A stretch of 64,000 bases of DNA, taken from NCBI GenBank assembly GCA_043228905.1, contig JBHGNT010000002.1, positions 19,468,001 through 19,532,000 on the forward strand. The letters are read 5' to 3'. Below the pieces are notes generated by a model. That model ran no database searches and was not told the DNA's origin. It worked only from the letters and a program-made list of their open reading frames with translations. This document shows, in pieces, positions 1 to 13,259 of this stretch. Each line of letters starts with the position of its first letter. Position 1 is the stretch's first letter. A program made the position numbers and the translations under genes. Source of the DNA: Azolla caroliniana (lineage: Eukaryota > Plantae > Polypodiophyta).

Positions 1-325
1 ACAATAAAAATATAATACACACGAGAGGATTTTACATATGGCACTAATAAGATATGATCAAATTAACATTAACTCACCATTATGACACATAGATATATTA
101 AGCACAATGGGGGTAGATATATGTATAGTAAGTAATAATGTTATAACATTACGTCCAACAATTTTACATGTTAAAACTCTTTCCAAGCCGAATACGTTCC
201 AAAAACCCCAAATGGAGAGAAGCATTCTGTATCAACCAAGCAGAAAGTGTCGAGAAGATATTCTTTGAGGACCCGACACGTTAGTTTCTCCACCATCGCA
301 TGTGTTCTCTTCGTCACCCCTTAAG

Positions 326-327
<2 letters not shown>

Positions 328-358
<31 letters not shown>
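328..358 (+). repeat. (GA)n microsatellite in promoter/5' UTR of the RCC1 gene
   Basis: About 15 GA units read directly. Confidence 0.9.
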
Positions 359-361
<3 letters not shown>

Positions 362-669
362 ATATAAGAACCGAGGATTAGCAAAATGGAGGAAGATTTT
401 GCATCGAGCCGCGGCGTTCATTTTTCATTCGTCTCGGGACGAATCTCTCGAGTTCAATTATTGTCAGTGGTGTGGTTTCGGAGGAATCGCGAGAGGCACT
501 CTTGGAGCTGTTTTTTGTTTGCAGGTGGCATTGTAATTTGTAATGAAAAATTCTTATCCCCAAAATTAATGAACAGAAAATGCTTGGCGTGTGTGTTAAA
601 TTATGTATATATACATTGGAAAGCTTTTCCATTTGAGAATTAAATTTGAGGTGGACAGGGAGGGACGCG

Positions 670-3600
670 ATGCTCCATTGGGATGAGCCAGAAACAGAAA
701 CAGAAACAGAAATAACGAAACAGGGGAGGGGCAGGAAGAAGCAGAAACAGGGGAGGAGCAGGAAGAAGCCGGAACAGGGGAAGGTCTGGGTTGCCTCCAT
801 GCATCATCCTCCTCCTCTGAGCAGAGACAGACAGGCAGAGAAAGCTATGGAGGAGCCCCCCCGCCGCCCCAAGAAACGCCAGTGCCTCTCTCGCCCAAGA
901 TCGAAGCGCGGCCGTCCTTTCCCCCTCTTTTCCCACCCTTACATCCTCCTCCGATTGCTCACGGAATGCCATCTCGACGCCAAAGATCTCGCTCGCCTTG
1001 AGGTATAGTGCACTCCATAAGTGGCTCCTGCATTTGCTTTCCTCTGCGTCTCTCATTCATCCATCATTCATGATCCTCACTGCAGCATTCAAGGTCAACT
1101 CCTTTCTTTTTCAACATGCAACATCACTGATATCATCAGAAGATTTCTTGCTCTCGGTTCATCATCTGTATCTTAATCTCTTGATTTATAGAGCTTGATT
1201 GATTCCATAATAGTAATCCCTGTCTTTTGAGTAGTAGAAATTTGCTTGATTCTCATCAGCTGTATGTGTGCGCAATAGGCATGTTGCAAGAGATTCAGAG
1301 AGCCGGCTGGCTACCATCCCGATGAATCCTTGTCTTTCTCGGATCTTGCAGCCCTCGACATGTGCGAGAAGAGACCCATCTTCAAGCTGATGCGACAAGA
1401 AGACAAACAAGACCTCAGGACTCGATGCGGAGGGAATTGGAAAATCGTGTTGCGTTTCTTGGTTCAGGGAGAAAGATGCTATAGGCGAGAAAAGTCTCAA
1501 GCTGATGCCGGTCCTGGTCACAGTGTTGTGGTAACTTCATCAGGAAAGGTCTACACATTTGGGAACAATTCCTCTGGGCAGTTAGGAACCGGTTCCTTTG
1601 AATCTGAGAGTCGTCCTTGCCTATTAAGGTGTGAGAGCTTTCAAGAAGAACCCATCTTACTTTGTTACATCATGTTTTACTGGGGATTAAATCATGTCCC
1701 TCTGAGGGCACTCGCTCTCTTGGACTGATGCGGGTGCATCATCTATGATATGGATATGGATGTGAATCATAAGGCCTCTTTTGCAACGAGATGAATGCAT
1801 TGTCATTGATATGGATATGGATGCATAATCTATGATATGGATATAGATCAGGAATTGGAAACTATGTGGATATATCATGGATGTGGACATAGATCATACC
1901 TCTTGACTAGATTGATGTGTATCATCTGCTATGATGGACGTGGTGGAGCAAGATTGATTTGTTGGAACAAATTGCAACACATTTAACATCCAGAAGAACC
2001 TGAATTATGTTACATGATAACGAGCTATTTTATGCCTAGAGTAGCTAGAGATGAGTGGAGTAGTTTGTTGTAAAGTTTGCTGAATAATTAAGACTTCGAA
2101 GATAGAGTTTTCCAAGGATGCAGTTCTTAAGCAAACTTGCGTCTTTATACTTTCTGAATGCCATCTATTTGCCCATATTCCATGTTAAGGAGTTGGCCTG
2201 AAGGCCTCCATAGTATTTAAGAGCTGAAAAGCCAACACCTAACTACGACTTCGAGGTAGCTCCATTGCAGGTCGCTTCAAGGCATCCGAATAATACAAGC
2301 GGCGGCAGGAGTAAGCCGAACAATGTTGATCAGTGATTCAGGGCAAGTCTATGCTTTTGGAAAAGACACATATGGGGATCCCGAATTTGGTGCACCCGGA
2401 CCAGCGGGAGCTACTAATGTTACAACACCCCGCCTTGTGGAATCATTGAATGGTGTCTTTGTTGTTCAAGCTGCAATTGGCAACTTCTTTACAGCAGTTC
2501 TCTCTCGTGAGGGCCATGTATATACCTTCTCTTGGGGCTCAGATGCTCGGCTGGGTCATCAAACAGAAGCAAGAGATCAGAAGCCACAACGTTTAAAAGG
2601 AGCATTAGAGAATGTACCCGTAGTGCAAATTGCGGCAGGGTATTGCTATCTCCTTGCTCGCACTTGCCAGGCTTGTGGAATGTAATTCATCTCAACCTTG
2701 ATTTTTTCTGGTTTCTTTTCATTTCTGTGCAATGTCACACTATGGAGGAGGCATGCCACTATTCCAGAGCCTAATGAATATGATTATATCATTGTCAATG
2801 ACAATCCAGAGCCTTATGAATATGATGTGGTGTAATCACATGGTGGATGCTCCACACAATCTGAAATGTCATATGAATGTGATGTGAGCATCACTGTTGT
2901 ACCATAGCTTTGAAATATCTCTTAAGGCTTCATCAAAGCAGATGGGATCAATCACCAAGAGCTTGAGCAACATTTTCAATCAACTTTGATTTCTACGCTT
3001 GAGAAGTATGCACGCAAAAACATTTACAATCATATTGATGCAGGTCAGTGTATTCAATAGGATGCGGTCTTGGTGGTAAGCTTGGTCATGGGAGCCGAAC
3101 GGATGAGCGTTATCCTCGACTAATCGAGCATTTCACATCCTTGAAGTTTCAGCCAGTTTCTATAGCAGCGGGTCCCTGGCATGCAGCTGCAGTGGGAGAA
3201 GATGGTTCAGTTTGTACATGGGGTTGGGGTCGATATGGATGCTTAGGCCATGGTCACGAGGAATGTGAATCATTACCCAAAGTTGTAGAAGCCTTGAGAG
3301 ATGTGAAAGCAGTTCAAGTAGCTACAGGTGATTACACAACGTTTGTTGTCTCTGAAGATGGTGATGTTTACTCTTTTGGGTCTGGAGAATCTGCGAGCTT
3401 GGGACACCTTGCCAACCCCGATGGTGGACAGGTCAGTAACGGGATCATTTGAAACTTTTAGTTTCACTTTAATCTCTAGAAGTATTCAATGTACATTATA
3501 TTCTTCATTTATTACCTCTCATCTTGCATTCATGCAATATGTCCAGATTATTTCGATTCGATCCTTACAATGTAATAACTCTGGTTTCATCTGATCGATG

Positions 3601-3898
3601 GGTATATAGTATAGTAAGTAATTCCTTTTGTTCCTCATTACTTTTATAACAGATACAAAATCGCCATGCGAATGTGATGCAACCAAAGTTAATTAGTGCA
3701 TTTCGAGACAAGAAAGAGGAAGTTGAACATATAAGCCTCACGAGTTGCGTCACATGGGATGCACACACGTTCGCAATCACAAGATCGAACAGGTTATATG
3801 GTTTTGGGTCAGGGGACAAAGGACAGCTAGGTGTGGACATGCCTGATGGCAATTATGAGAAATGTTGCCCTGAGCTTGTTAATATTGACTTGAGCTAA
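670..3898 (+). CDS. RCC1-repeat (UVR8/RCC1-family) protein, similar to Arabidopsis At3g26100/At3g15430 type
   Basis: Exons 670-1002, 1279-1628, 2271-2681, 3044-3431, 3653-3898 join in frame with GT-AG introns. Motifs LTECHLDAKDLARLE, LAALDMC, AGPGHSV, GQLG, GGKLGHG, WGWGRYGCLGHG and C-terminal IDLS. Start codon uncertain (670, 799 or 847). Confidence 0.9.
1686..1945. repeat. Degenerate tandem repeat in RCC1 intron 2
   Basis: Recurrent tgcatc/atctatgatatggatatggatg units. Confidence 0.55.
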
Positions 3899-3911
3899 AA
3901 ACACAAGCCTT

Positions 3912-4338
3912 CATGCATGTTCAGTTTTGTTTTTGCCTTTTCAACTAAAATCGAGTTTCATGATATGAATTGAGTTGAGTTTAGTCATGGATCATTCATC
4001 TTTGCATGTAATTCTTCCATAATACCCCTCAGATAATGAGTGATTCATAAATGTTCAGGAAAATGGGGAAAAAATCAATAATAATTGAATATATAAATTT
4101 TCAAAGTATTATCTCAACACAAGTTGTCGTGCACGTTCATTTTTGTTTTGGTTTTTTTACTAAAATCAAATTTCATGATATCCATTGAGTTGAGTTTATT
4201 CGAAGATCATTCATCATTGCATGTCATTCTTCCATAATCCCACTTCTCAATAATGAAGGATTCATAAATCTTTAGACAAAAATGGGTAAAACCAATAGTA
4301 ATCAAATATATTATTTTTCAAAGTATTATCTTGACATC
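3912..4338. repeat. Tandem duplication (~215 bp x2) just after the RCC1 stop codon
   Basis: Colinear blocks actaaaatc..ttcatgatat..ttgagttgagttta..gatcattcatc..ttcttccataat..ttcaaagtattatct occur at ~3912-4120 and ~4128-4338. Confidence 0.8.
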
Positions 4339-5057
4339 ATGATCATTATGACTCATTTTCACAAACACATGATTGTAAGAAGTTTATTGGTCGTGAGACT
4401 TGCATATGATTGATTATGAATATTGAATACCTAGAGAGAGAAGTAGGCGGTTCCAAAAAACTCATTTATTAAATGAAACTTTGCTGTGTCTAGTAATCAT
4501 TACAAAATAACTTGGTAACTTGAGTTTCTACATCCTTGTCATCTTTGGCGGTCTTTGTTGTATTCCTTTCAAATGGTATGACTAGTGATAAAACAATCAG
4601 GTTGAGAAATGTGGTTTTATTGGTGATATAATAGTAAACATTTTCTATTTAAATCACTACATGATTGATTTGGAAAAATAAATGTTCATGAAATAATTGT
4701 GAATCATGTTAAGTGAAGATTGTGTGACAATGTTATGCCATGGATAGAATAAAGTGTTTAATTATTACCACTTTTGACCCAATGCCAATTTGAAAAGTTA
4801 ATTTAAGCCAAATGGAAATATGGTAACACGAACGATCATCATTTCCAAAAGTTATATCATACCAACTATTTAATGATTTCCTTGACATGTGGTGATAGAG
4901 CAAGCAAAATATAAGAAATTATAGATGAAGGAAAGGAAAGAGGGGTTGTAGACCACTCGACCACCCCCAAGCAATGGTGCGAGATGTACCCAAACCTCCT
5001 TGATGTCCCATACCATTGAGTATTGATGTGAGTCATAACTTGGGTTCCACAAGGATC

Positions 5058-6803
5058 ACATGTGCTTAGCTAACAAGAGCCATAGCCATATTGACATTGT
5101 CTCAATATAAGTCAAGTGTGCCTAATAAAAAGGTAGCTAGCTTTGTTATATAGGTAGAAACCCTAGGCCTTAATATGTTCACAAACTTGACTACTCCATG
5201 TGAAGTGGTGAAGTGATAACACACTTAACAATTATCTCATATTGTAGAATTGTGATTCAATTCATACCCTCATTCATTTCGAAATTAACCCACACATACT
5301 CATCATAAGAGTCGAGAAGACGATGGAAACCTATCTCATGACAAGTTATAGTTATGCATGTAACATACTCCTCCACTGTAAAAGTTTGCACTCTTGCAAT
5401 GATTATTTAGAGGTGTGTTTTGATGTATTTTGGCAACTAGAAGATTGATCAATTAAGCAAATGAATCAATATATTTGAGGATTGTGAAGGTCCACAAACT
5501 TATGGGGGTAATTTAGTGCACTTCCTACAAATTAAACCTTAAGAGTTTTAAAATGCACATATAAATACCTTCATCTAAGATTAAATACATAAGGTTACCA
5601 ATGCTAGTTGGGCATAAAATCACGCTTTGTTTTGAGAAATTGTACATTGAGCAAATTGTGTACAATGTGTAAGGTTCCCTTCTAGTATGTAATGTCTACT
5701 AGCATCTATATTAGATTTGGCACTTACCCAAGATTTTTAAAGGAAACTATCATTAAGGTGCTTTTCTTGAAGGTGATCATAATGATTATATTGATGAAGT
5801 TAACCACGTTAACCTCATGAATAAAACATAAGGCATCAATAACCCTATTGACAAATCATCTTAAGTTATCTAATGGAAAATCAAAGTCCTAAATGAGATT
5901 CGTGCATTGTGCCATACAACCATTGAGGTTCCATTGGTCACAAAATATTTTAATTACTCAAAAAATATTTCTATATTATATAATATTTCCCTATTTGTTT
6001 ATGTATTCATTTATCTCAATTAGTTTTGTTCATGAACTATAAACCAATATTGAGTAAAAGAAAAATTCTTACACTCAAACGAATGAAGTAGGTTAGAGGA
6101 AGGATATTTTCACTCACGTTCTCAAAGTAAGTTTAAGGACTCACTTTCACAATAATTCCAAATCATTGGGCTTGTTGACATGCAGATTTGACCTTGTAGG
6201 AGATTATTAAATGACATCATCAATTATGATTTATTACAAATAGATTCTTGCGATAAACCGATACAACCAAGGAATGAACAAAGTTCTTGGAAATTATAAG
6301 TTGGGATATACAAGAATTCCACTTTCTATATCTTATAAAGGTCAATTTGGAGCCGTCACTAAAATGCCCAAACCAAGTAATATCAAAACATTGTTTCCAA
6401 GAAATTCAAATTTGATGGTACACACTTTATTTTAACGATGATAGTTGATACATAGCCATCATAGTTCATCATAGTTCAAATCTAATAGGACTAACATACT
6501 CTAGTATTCCATACTCTAATTAATAGAAACATGTGCACTACCACATGCTTAGCTCAAAAGAGCCATTCCCACACTATCATAGTCTTAATATAAGTCAAGC
6601 CTCTATTATAAGGTATCTCGCCTTCTCACATAGGCAAAAAGCATACGCCCTAGTGTGTGTTCATACACTTGACTAGTTCACGTGAAGTGATCACATGATA
6701 ACACATTGCAGAATTGTAATTCAGTTTACCCCTTTGTTCCTTTCAGAATTAACCCAATCGCACTCATCGTGACATTAGAGAACCATGGAAAACATATCTC
6801 ATC
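5058..6803. repeat. Old ~280-bp direct repeat pair (5058-5340 and 6541-6803) enclosing a decayed interval
   Basis: Shared tgcttagct..aagagccat..aatataagtcaag..acttgacta..gtgaagtg..tgataacac..agaattgt..aattaaccca..atggaaa..tatctcat. Confidence 0.65.
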
Positions 6804-8816
6804 CTTAATTATGATTATCCACATAACATATAACTTGCACATTATGTTACACAAATATGTATGGATTATTCACTCACCAAAATTATAGATACTAGCATTT
6901 ACTTTAGATATGCAAAACAATATAAGAGATCATTTGCTCATTGGCAAATTACAAAGACAATTATCTCCAAAGCTACACAACTTGTAGTATACAGTATTAA
7001 AACATAGTTTAGATATACTTTATAATATGAGATATGAATTAGAGAGACCACAATGATGATGGCTTTGGTCTAATTAGTATATAATCAGCCTTTAATCTTT
7101 GAACAATACTCAAATTCATAAAAGAGCAAAGACTAATTATACCTATGTGCTCTTGCCAAGTGGTAGCAGATTCCATGCATTGCTTTAAGTCTGGAAGTGA
7201 TGATATTTTATGCTATTTTCTGAAGACAATTCATGAAATTCATGCAATCAATATTAACCCTTCGCCTATGTCACAAATGATTTAAGAAAAAAATCCAAAT
7301 TTATATTGTAAGTAAATCATAGAACATCCACAACATGGAAATTCTGTCCAACCATCATAGAATTTCATTCATTATTTGATGCTTGCCAATTAGAAAAACG
7401 GCAACACACTTGCCAAGAAATTAAATAGGTTGTAATTGATGATCAGAAGTTAGAACCTTACGCTTTCAGAAAGGAGTTTCCAAAACTCCCTTAAAACTTA
7501 CACGAAACTATGATCATAAGCTTCCAAAACTCCCTTAACAGAACAATAGGTGTGAGTTCTAGATATTGGTACTGGCTAAAATCCCTGAGCAGATACAAAT
7601 TTCCATCTTACCATTTATCAAAGCATAATTCTTTTGTGAAAACACAATTGCTCTTTTGCTCCTAACAGTGAAGGCTCTTAGCTATTTTACGATTGATAAA
7701 TAATGAATACAAGTAATACTTTATTTATGGAACTAGGATGAACAATATTATTAATATTAATTATTAACAGCCAATTGTAATTAAAAATCATAATATAAAT
7801 TTAAAACATCAACAAAAAAAATTTAAATCTTTGCTTGATTAAGCCACTTTGAGATGAAATGAATGTCGTCAAGGCAGTCGACATGATTCATCAGAAACAA
7901 GTATGAATATCCACCAATTATCATATTAGAATTAAAACGCAGTAGGTGGGTATAAACAAGCCAACAACCAATGATGGGATATAAATTACAAACTGTGAAG
8001 GATAATGGACTCAAGAGTCACAGAGATTAGCACATATAGTTGTGCTATCTCACCCCTCGTCACATAGCGAACCACCTATCAAATCCATATTCAAAGGGCG
8101 ACATGTCAGAGGTGAAAGCTAGAATTAATAAGAATGCAAAATGGGCGTTTTACTACCATATGACTTTTCATGACATGAATCTTTTACTACTTTGTCTTTG
8201 GTTTGCTGATAAAGAGGGCTATATGTGATTCACATGACCTGCACATATCGGCCTTCCATCTGCAAGGTGCATTTTCAGCCTAAACAGACACAGATAAATT
8301 CTGGTTTCTTTGTTGATCTATTGTATCTAAAGAAGCAGCCCAGCAAACTTTGCTTGGATAGATCTTTTGATGGATCTCTACTAATAACATGTATATACAC
8401 CTATGCATCCCAGATATGTTGTATATATAAAGATACCTTTTTTAATGACCTATATTGTGGGGATAATCTACCATCGATATCATGTTCTAATATATTACTA
8501 GAATAATACCTTGCTTGCCTTAATGTTACAAATTCGGACTTCAGATCAGGTACCTTAATTTGGATCAGAGAGATTCTGCCTAAAAACCATAAAAAAATAC
8601 AGAAGCTCTAAATCAGTAACCAAAGATTACACATACATCAAAGACTAGCAATGAACCAGGCAAGTTACTCTATTAATCAATCAATCAATCAAAATTCTCA
8701 TTGTATACCGTGAACGCTCTTGAAACATCATCCAACAAAATGTCACCTACAAGGTTAACATGTAAAACTTGAGCAGTTGTGAACTAACATGACCTGACGG
8801 GGGTGAAAACATAATG

Positions 8817-10550
8817 CTATGACATAGCACCACTCAATTCTCCCCTTGCAAATTTGTCTTCTGGATAATATACAGCCCGTACGATATTGCCTCCGAACCC
8901 TCTCCCATTTAAAGCTGCCTTAGCTTTCATGGAACCTTGTACATCCATGTATTCCACAAATGCCATTCCTAGACCGGACACATCCTCAGCATTTGAACTT
9001 GGTCGAGGAATAACAAGATTAACTACCTGACCAAACTTGCTACATTCGTCTTGTATATCTTGGTAGATATCTTCAAACTCTTGATCATCTCTCAACTCAT
9101 CTATCGACACAAGTTGGGCCAAGCACAAAACCTTCGTTGGCATCTCAATGCTTACCGATCCCATGGTAGGAAGCTGCCCTGTGAAGAGATTATAAGGAAT
9201 AGTGACTCCTTGTTGTTGGACAGAGAGTTGTTGTTGAAGCTCTTTTTCATCTGGTTTTCTTTCACTTCCTGCTGAGGCTCGTCTCACAGTTAATGTCCTA
9301 TCGCCGATTTTCACCCCATTGAGGACAGTACATGCATAATCACTAATATCTGCATCTTGGTAAACACAAAATGCATAACCTTTTGAATTTCCTGTCTCGT
9401 TATCTTTAACCAAGTCAAGGCCATGAAGGGGGCCAACTGATTCCAATAGCTGTTTTACCTCGTCTTCTTTGAAGTGATGGGGAAGACCACCCACAAAGAT
9501 CTTGTGAGGGCATCCATTGACAATACTACGAGATGTAAGGCCAACAGCGGCAAGGTTTAGAAGAGGATTGGGTTGAATTGGACCAAGAAATGCGGCACAA
9601 TTAGAGTCATAATCAGTTGGCCTTCGTATGCTTACAGCAATACCTCCAAACATGATACCATCCAGAGCCATAGCATTAGTGGCTTCTTCAACAGTCCTCA
9701 TTTCAACAAAGGCGAAATTTTTGTCATAGTTGACATAGACATTAACAACGGGATCGCCAGGGAAGGTGGCTCCACCCACCATATGCATGACTTGGTTGAA
9801 GAAAGTAGATATGCTTTGCTCATTTGCACCTGGTGGGAGGCGTCCAACATAGACTCTTTTTGCATGCTTGACTGCAACTGGGTTCGTGAGGGCAGGGTTT
9901 GGGAAAGCAAATGGAATAGGCAGGGTAGGGTTGATGGTACTTACCGGCGGGGCGGTGCCTCCCGGTGGCGGCACATCAAACCCACTTGACCGCTTTCGAC
10001 CTCGACCCAATGACCTGGATCTAGACCTAGACCTAGACCTGGATCTAGACCTTGACCTGGAGCCCCCTCTTACTTCCCTTGACTTTGACCTTGAACCCTC
10101 CCTTACTTCCCTTGACCTGGATGCCGAACTCCCTCTCACTTCCCTTGACCCATATCTCGAATCCCTGAGTTCCCTTGATCTTGAGCCTTCCTTCACTTCC
10201 CTTGACCCATATCTCGAATCCTTGATTTCCCTTGACCTGGACCTTGAACCCCGTCCGCCTTCCCTTGACCTGGACCTTGAGCCTCTCTGGGCGTCTCTGG
10301 AAGAATCATTAACATCTCTTGAACCTGATCTTGAATCGTTGACCGCTTCCCTTGACCTAGACCGTGAATCTCCGCCTTCCTTTGGCGTTTCTCTGCTGTC
10401 ATCATGAGGTCTATGACGGTCATCTCGACTAGATCTGGTGCCATCAGTGGAAGACCTGCTTTTTCTGTCACGTGAGCGATGGTGATCTTTCATTTCTCTG
10501 CTTGGATCGGAGTGATCGTCTGCATCACCCTTGCTGTTCTTGCTCGACAT
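8817..10550 (-). CDS. U2AF65: Splicing factor U2AF large subunit, intronless CDS (probable retrogene)
   Basis: Single ORF of 577 aa from ATG 10550: RS domain, SGFDVPPPG, RRM1 (KRVYVGRLP..KNFAFVEMRTVEEATNAMALDG), RRM2 (KIFVGGLP..SKGYAFCVY), UHM (PTKVLCL..ECSKFG..LNGRGFGG). Confidence 0.93.
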   Translation of the reverse strand: MSSKNSKGDADDHSDPSREMKDHHRSRDRKSRSSTDGTRSSRDDRHRPHDDSRETPKEGGDSRSRSREAVNDSRSGSRDVNDSSRDAQRGSRSRSREGGRGSRSRSREIKDSRYGSREVKEGSRSRELRDSRYGSREVRGSSASRSREVREGSRSKSREVRGGSRSRSRSRSRSRSRSRSLGRGRKRSSGFDVPPPGGTAPPVSTINPTLPIPFAFPNPALTNPVAVKHAKRVYVGRLPPGANEQSISTFFNQVMHMVGGATFPGDPVVNVYVNYDKNFAFVEMRTVEEATNAMALDGIMFGGIAVSIRRPTDYDSNCAAFLGPIQPNPLLNLAAVGLTSRSIVNGCPHKIFVGGLPHHFKEDEVKQLLESVGPLHGLDLVKDNETGNSKGYAFCVYQDADISDYACTVLNGVKIGDRTLTVRRASAGSERKPDEKELQQQLSVQQQGVTIPYNLFTGQLPTMGSVSIEMPTKVLCLAQLVSIDELRDDQEFEDIYQDIQDECSKFGQVVNLVIPRPSSNAEDVSGLGMAFVEYMDVQGSMKAKAALNGRGFGGNIVRAVYYPEDKFARGELSGAMS

Positions 10551-13010
10551 AGCCTCTTCTTCGCTTAACACTTCGAAAACAGTTTCTGCATATCAAACCA
10601 TAAAACTGCTTATGCCAATCCAAACCCTAGATGTTTTTCTGCGTCTTTGCTTTTTGCTTTTTGCTTTCTGCTTTCTGCTTTTCGATTTTGTGCTTCTTGC
10701 TTTTCGATTTTGGGCTTTTTGCTTGCTGCTTTTTACAAGGATGCATTCTTCTTGTGTGTCGCCTCTACTAGATACAATTTTTGGGCACGTTGGACCATCC
10801 GGGGTGTCCCACGATAGCAAGATCTTCTTCCGTCATGTCCAACCACAAGAAGTCTTTGCTTCTTCAAGCAAATCCCTGAGACTATCATTATTCGATCATC
10901 TGCAACTTTGCAGGCATCCCACTTCGAACTTACATCCTAATATCTTATCTACGCTTTTTGCATCCGCATCGTGCCCAGCTTCGACATCAGTAGAAACTCT
11001 TCTAGCCACCAAGAAGCATCAATAGTATCCCAGATCAATCGGGTTGGTTGTGCCATAGGCTAAAACTCAAGCAACCTAACACACACACACATAGATTTTA
11101 TCACCCTCTTCGGAGCTCAAGAAACCTAATACAGAGAGATGGGCCGACAAAGAATGAATTGTCTAATTTAGAATTAGTTGTTGCTTTGCATTCTGTCTAA
11201 ACATTGGTGACCTTAATGGATCAAGAGAGGAGACCCTCCCTCTCATGATGATGTGAATAACATTCTTCATGGGCTTTCTCACCTAATATTCAATGTTCCC
11301 TACTAGTAATAGGTTACTTTTGGTTATGGTATGAATTCAAGGCTCTATTCTTGTTTCCATCATTTCTTGATCATTATAGTCAACATAAAGATTAGATCAA
11401 CAAAAATTAAAAATAGTTTCATTTCTGTAAATCGCATCTAAATATCATTAAATTTAGAAGATATCGATTGTCATTTACACTAGAGCATGAAGGGAAAAGA
11501 ATGTGGCTCACCAACAACTTCTCATAGCAATTGTGACTCTTTAATATTGTTTAGCACATGTTCAAGGTAATGTGGATTTTACGACATTAAGGGAGCTTAT
11601 ACAAAACCTTATTAATTGTATTTCTCAACCAATTGATGTATATATTTGAGTAAACCAACAAAATCACATTAATGAAAGATGGTGAACGCAAAATGCAACA
11701 AAAAAGCAACATGGAAGATTTGTTGAGGAATAGGGGCAACTAGATTGGTCTGGCAGATTTAGGGTGACGAGAGTCGAATTGTCTACAATCGTGACATGAA
11801 GCAATATTAGTGACTTGACATGGTGAAGATGATCAAGGTAATCACAGGGATCAAACACTTCGTATAAGCATTTGTGTGGCAAAGTGTTTCATTAAATGTT
11901 CCTAGGGGAAGGTTGTGAGATGGCTATGGTACAATCACGATGTTAGAAGTGGTTCTTGTACATGCATATGAGGGTCATTATTATATGGGTAATGATAATG
12001 AGTTTGAGGGTGTGTGTATGATATCAATTTCAATGTTGATAATAGTGTGACAAATTTGATGTTAAGTGTAAGGGTGATGTTTAAAAGGATTTTTGTTATG
12101 TTAAAGATGATGTTAATAATGGTAATGTTAATATGAATGTTATTTATGATTATTGTAGCAAATGGTAAGGATGATAAGGAAACAAGGATAATTGAGGAAA
12201 GAGGAAAGGAAAATGATGTTGAGGAAAGGAAAAATGATGGTAAGGGAGATATATGAATTGGAGAGGATGATAATGATAAGGGAGGTGAGGACAATAATGA
12301 TGACCAGGAAAGAATGATGATGATGAGAGACGATGAAACACATAGAATACAAGAGGGATAAAGACCAACATAACGATGTTTGATAACAAACAATGACTCT
12401 TGAGATGGCCATATGCGCAATGCACGCATGGAAAACAAATAATCTAAAGTCATGTGAAGCACCGGCCTATAGAACAACTTTTGATAATAAAATGGAACAT
12501 TCCAGTTTGGGCACGTACAAGAGGTTTTGTTAGTTTATTGACTTTGTAAAGAAAAAAAGATACGGTATGGGGTTTCAAGTCTTAGACCTTTATATAAGAA
12601 AAGAATCATTATAAATGACCTAGCGATTTTTTAGTCGTCTCATTTTACGTATTTTTACTTACAAGATAAATAGGGAAGCAAATATATACATGCAATAATA
12701 AGAGCTTACAACATAAGTGCAAGGTTGTGCCATGTGAGCATGCATCCTAGCATGGGTGAACCTTTACAAAATCCTAAATAATGCATTCAAGGGGAGAAAA
12801 TACTTGTGAATCTCTATGACAATTGGGGGAGGCAAGGTAACATGATTCAATGAGGGGTAAAGGGGGTGAGCCATAGACAAGGTGAGGTACAATGATGTCG
12901 GATGGAGGGACAATCTTTGGGTAGTGTAGGTGAGGTTATGGGAATGTTTGACAAAGGGTAAAGTTGAGAGGATGATGTGGCATTGAGTGGTAGAGGTAGA
13001 TTAGGGTTGG

Positions 13011-13259
13011 TGTTGGGATCGTAACTGGCCACAACCGGTTTCTTGTATATGTATTCAGGTGCAAAGAATCAACTAAGATACTGTACAGACAGAAAACAGA
13101 AAATGAAAACTCAAAGAGACACAAGATATTTAACGTGGAAAACCCGAATAACCGAGTTGATTTTGGGCCGAGGCCTAGTCGGCCTTGGCCGAGTTTGCCT
13201 ATTGACTCCATTCCATTCGGCTCGTGCTCTTCCCATTCAGAGGGACCTGTTTCCCAACA
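13011..13259. mobile_element. Short Copia-type solo LTR (249 bp)
   Basis: Inverted ends TGTTGGGA...TCCCAACA. 5-bp TSD GTTGG at 13006-13010 and 13260-13264. Shares ggccacaaccg, acgtggaaaaccc and tcccaaca with the LTR of Copia D. Confidence 0.88.

Noticed and set aside
9868-10407. 179-aa plus-strand ORF rich in LDLD
   Set aside because: Antisense shadow of the U2AF65 RS repeats
11935-12477. 180-aa Ser/Ile-rich ORF and overlapping ORFs
   Set aside because: Low-complexity GAT/ATA sequence with no domain motifs
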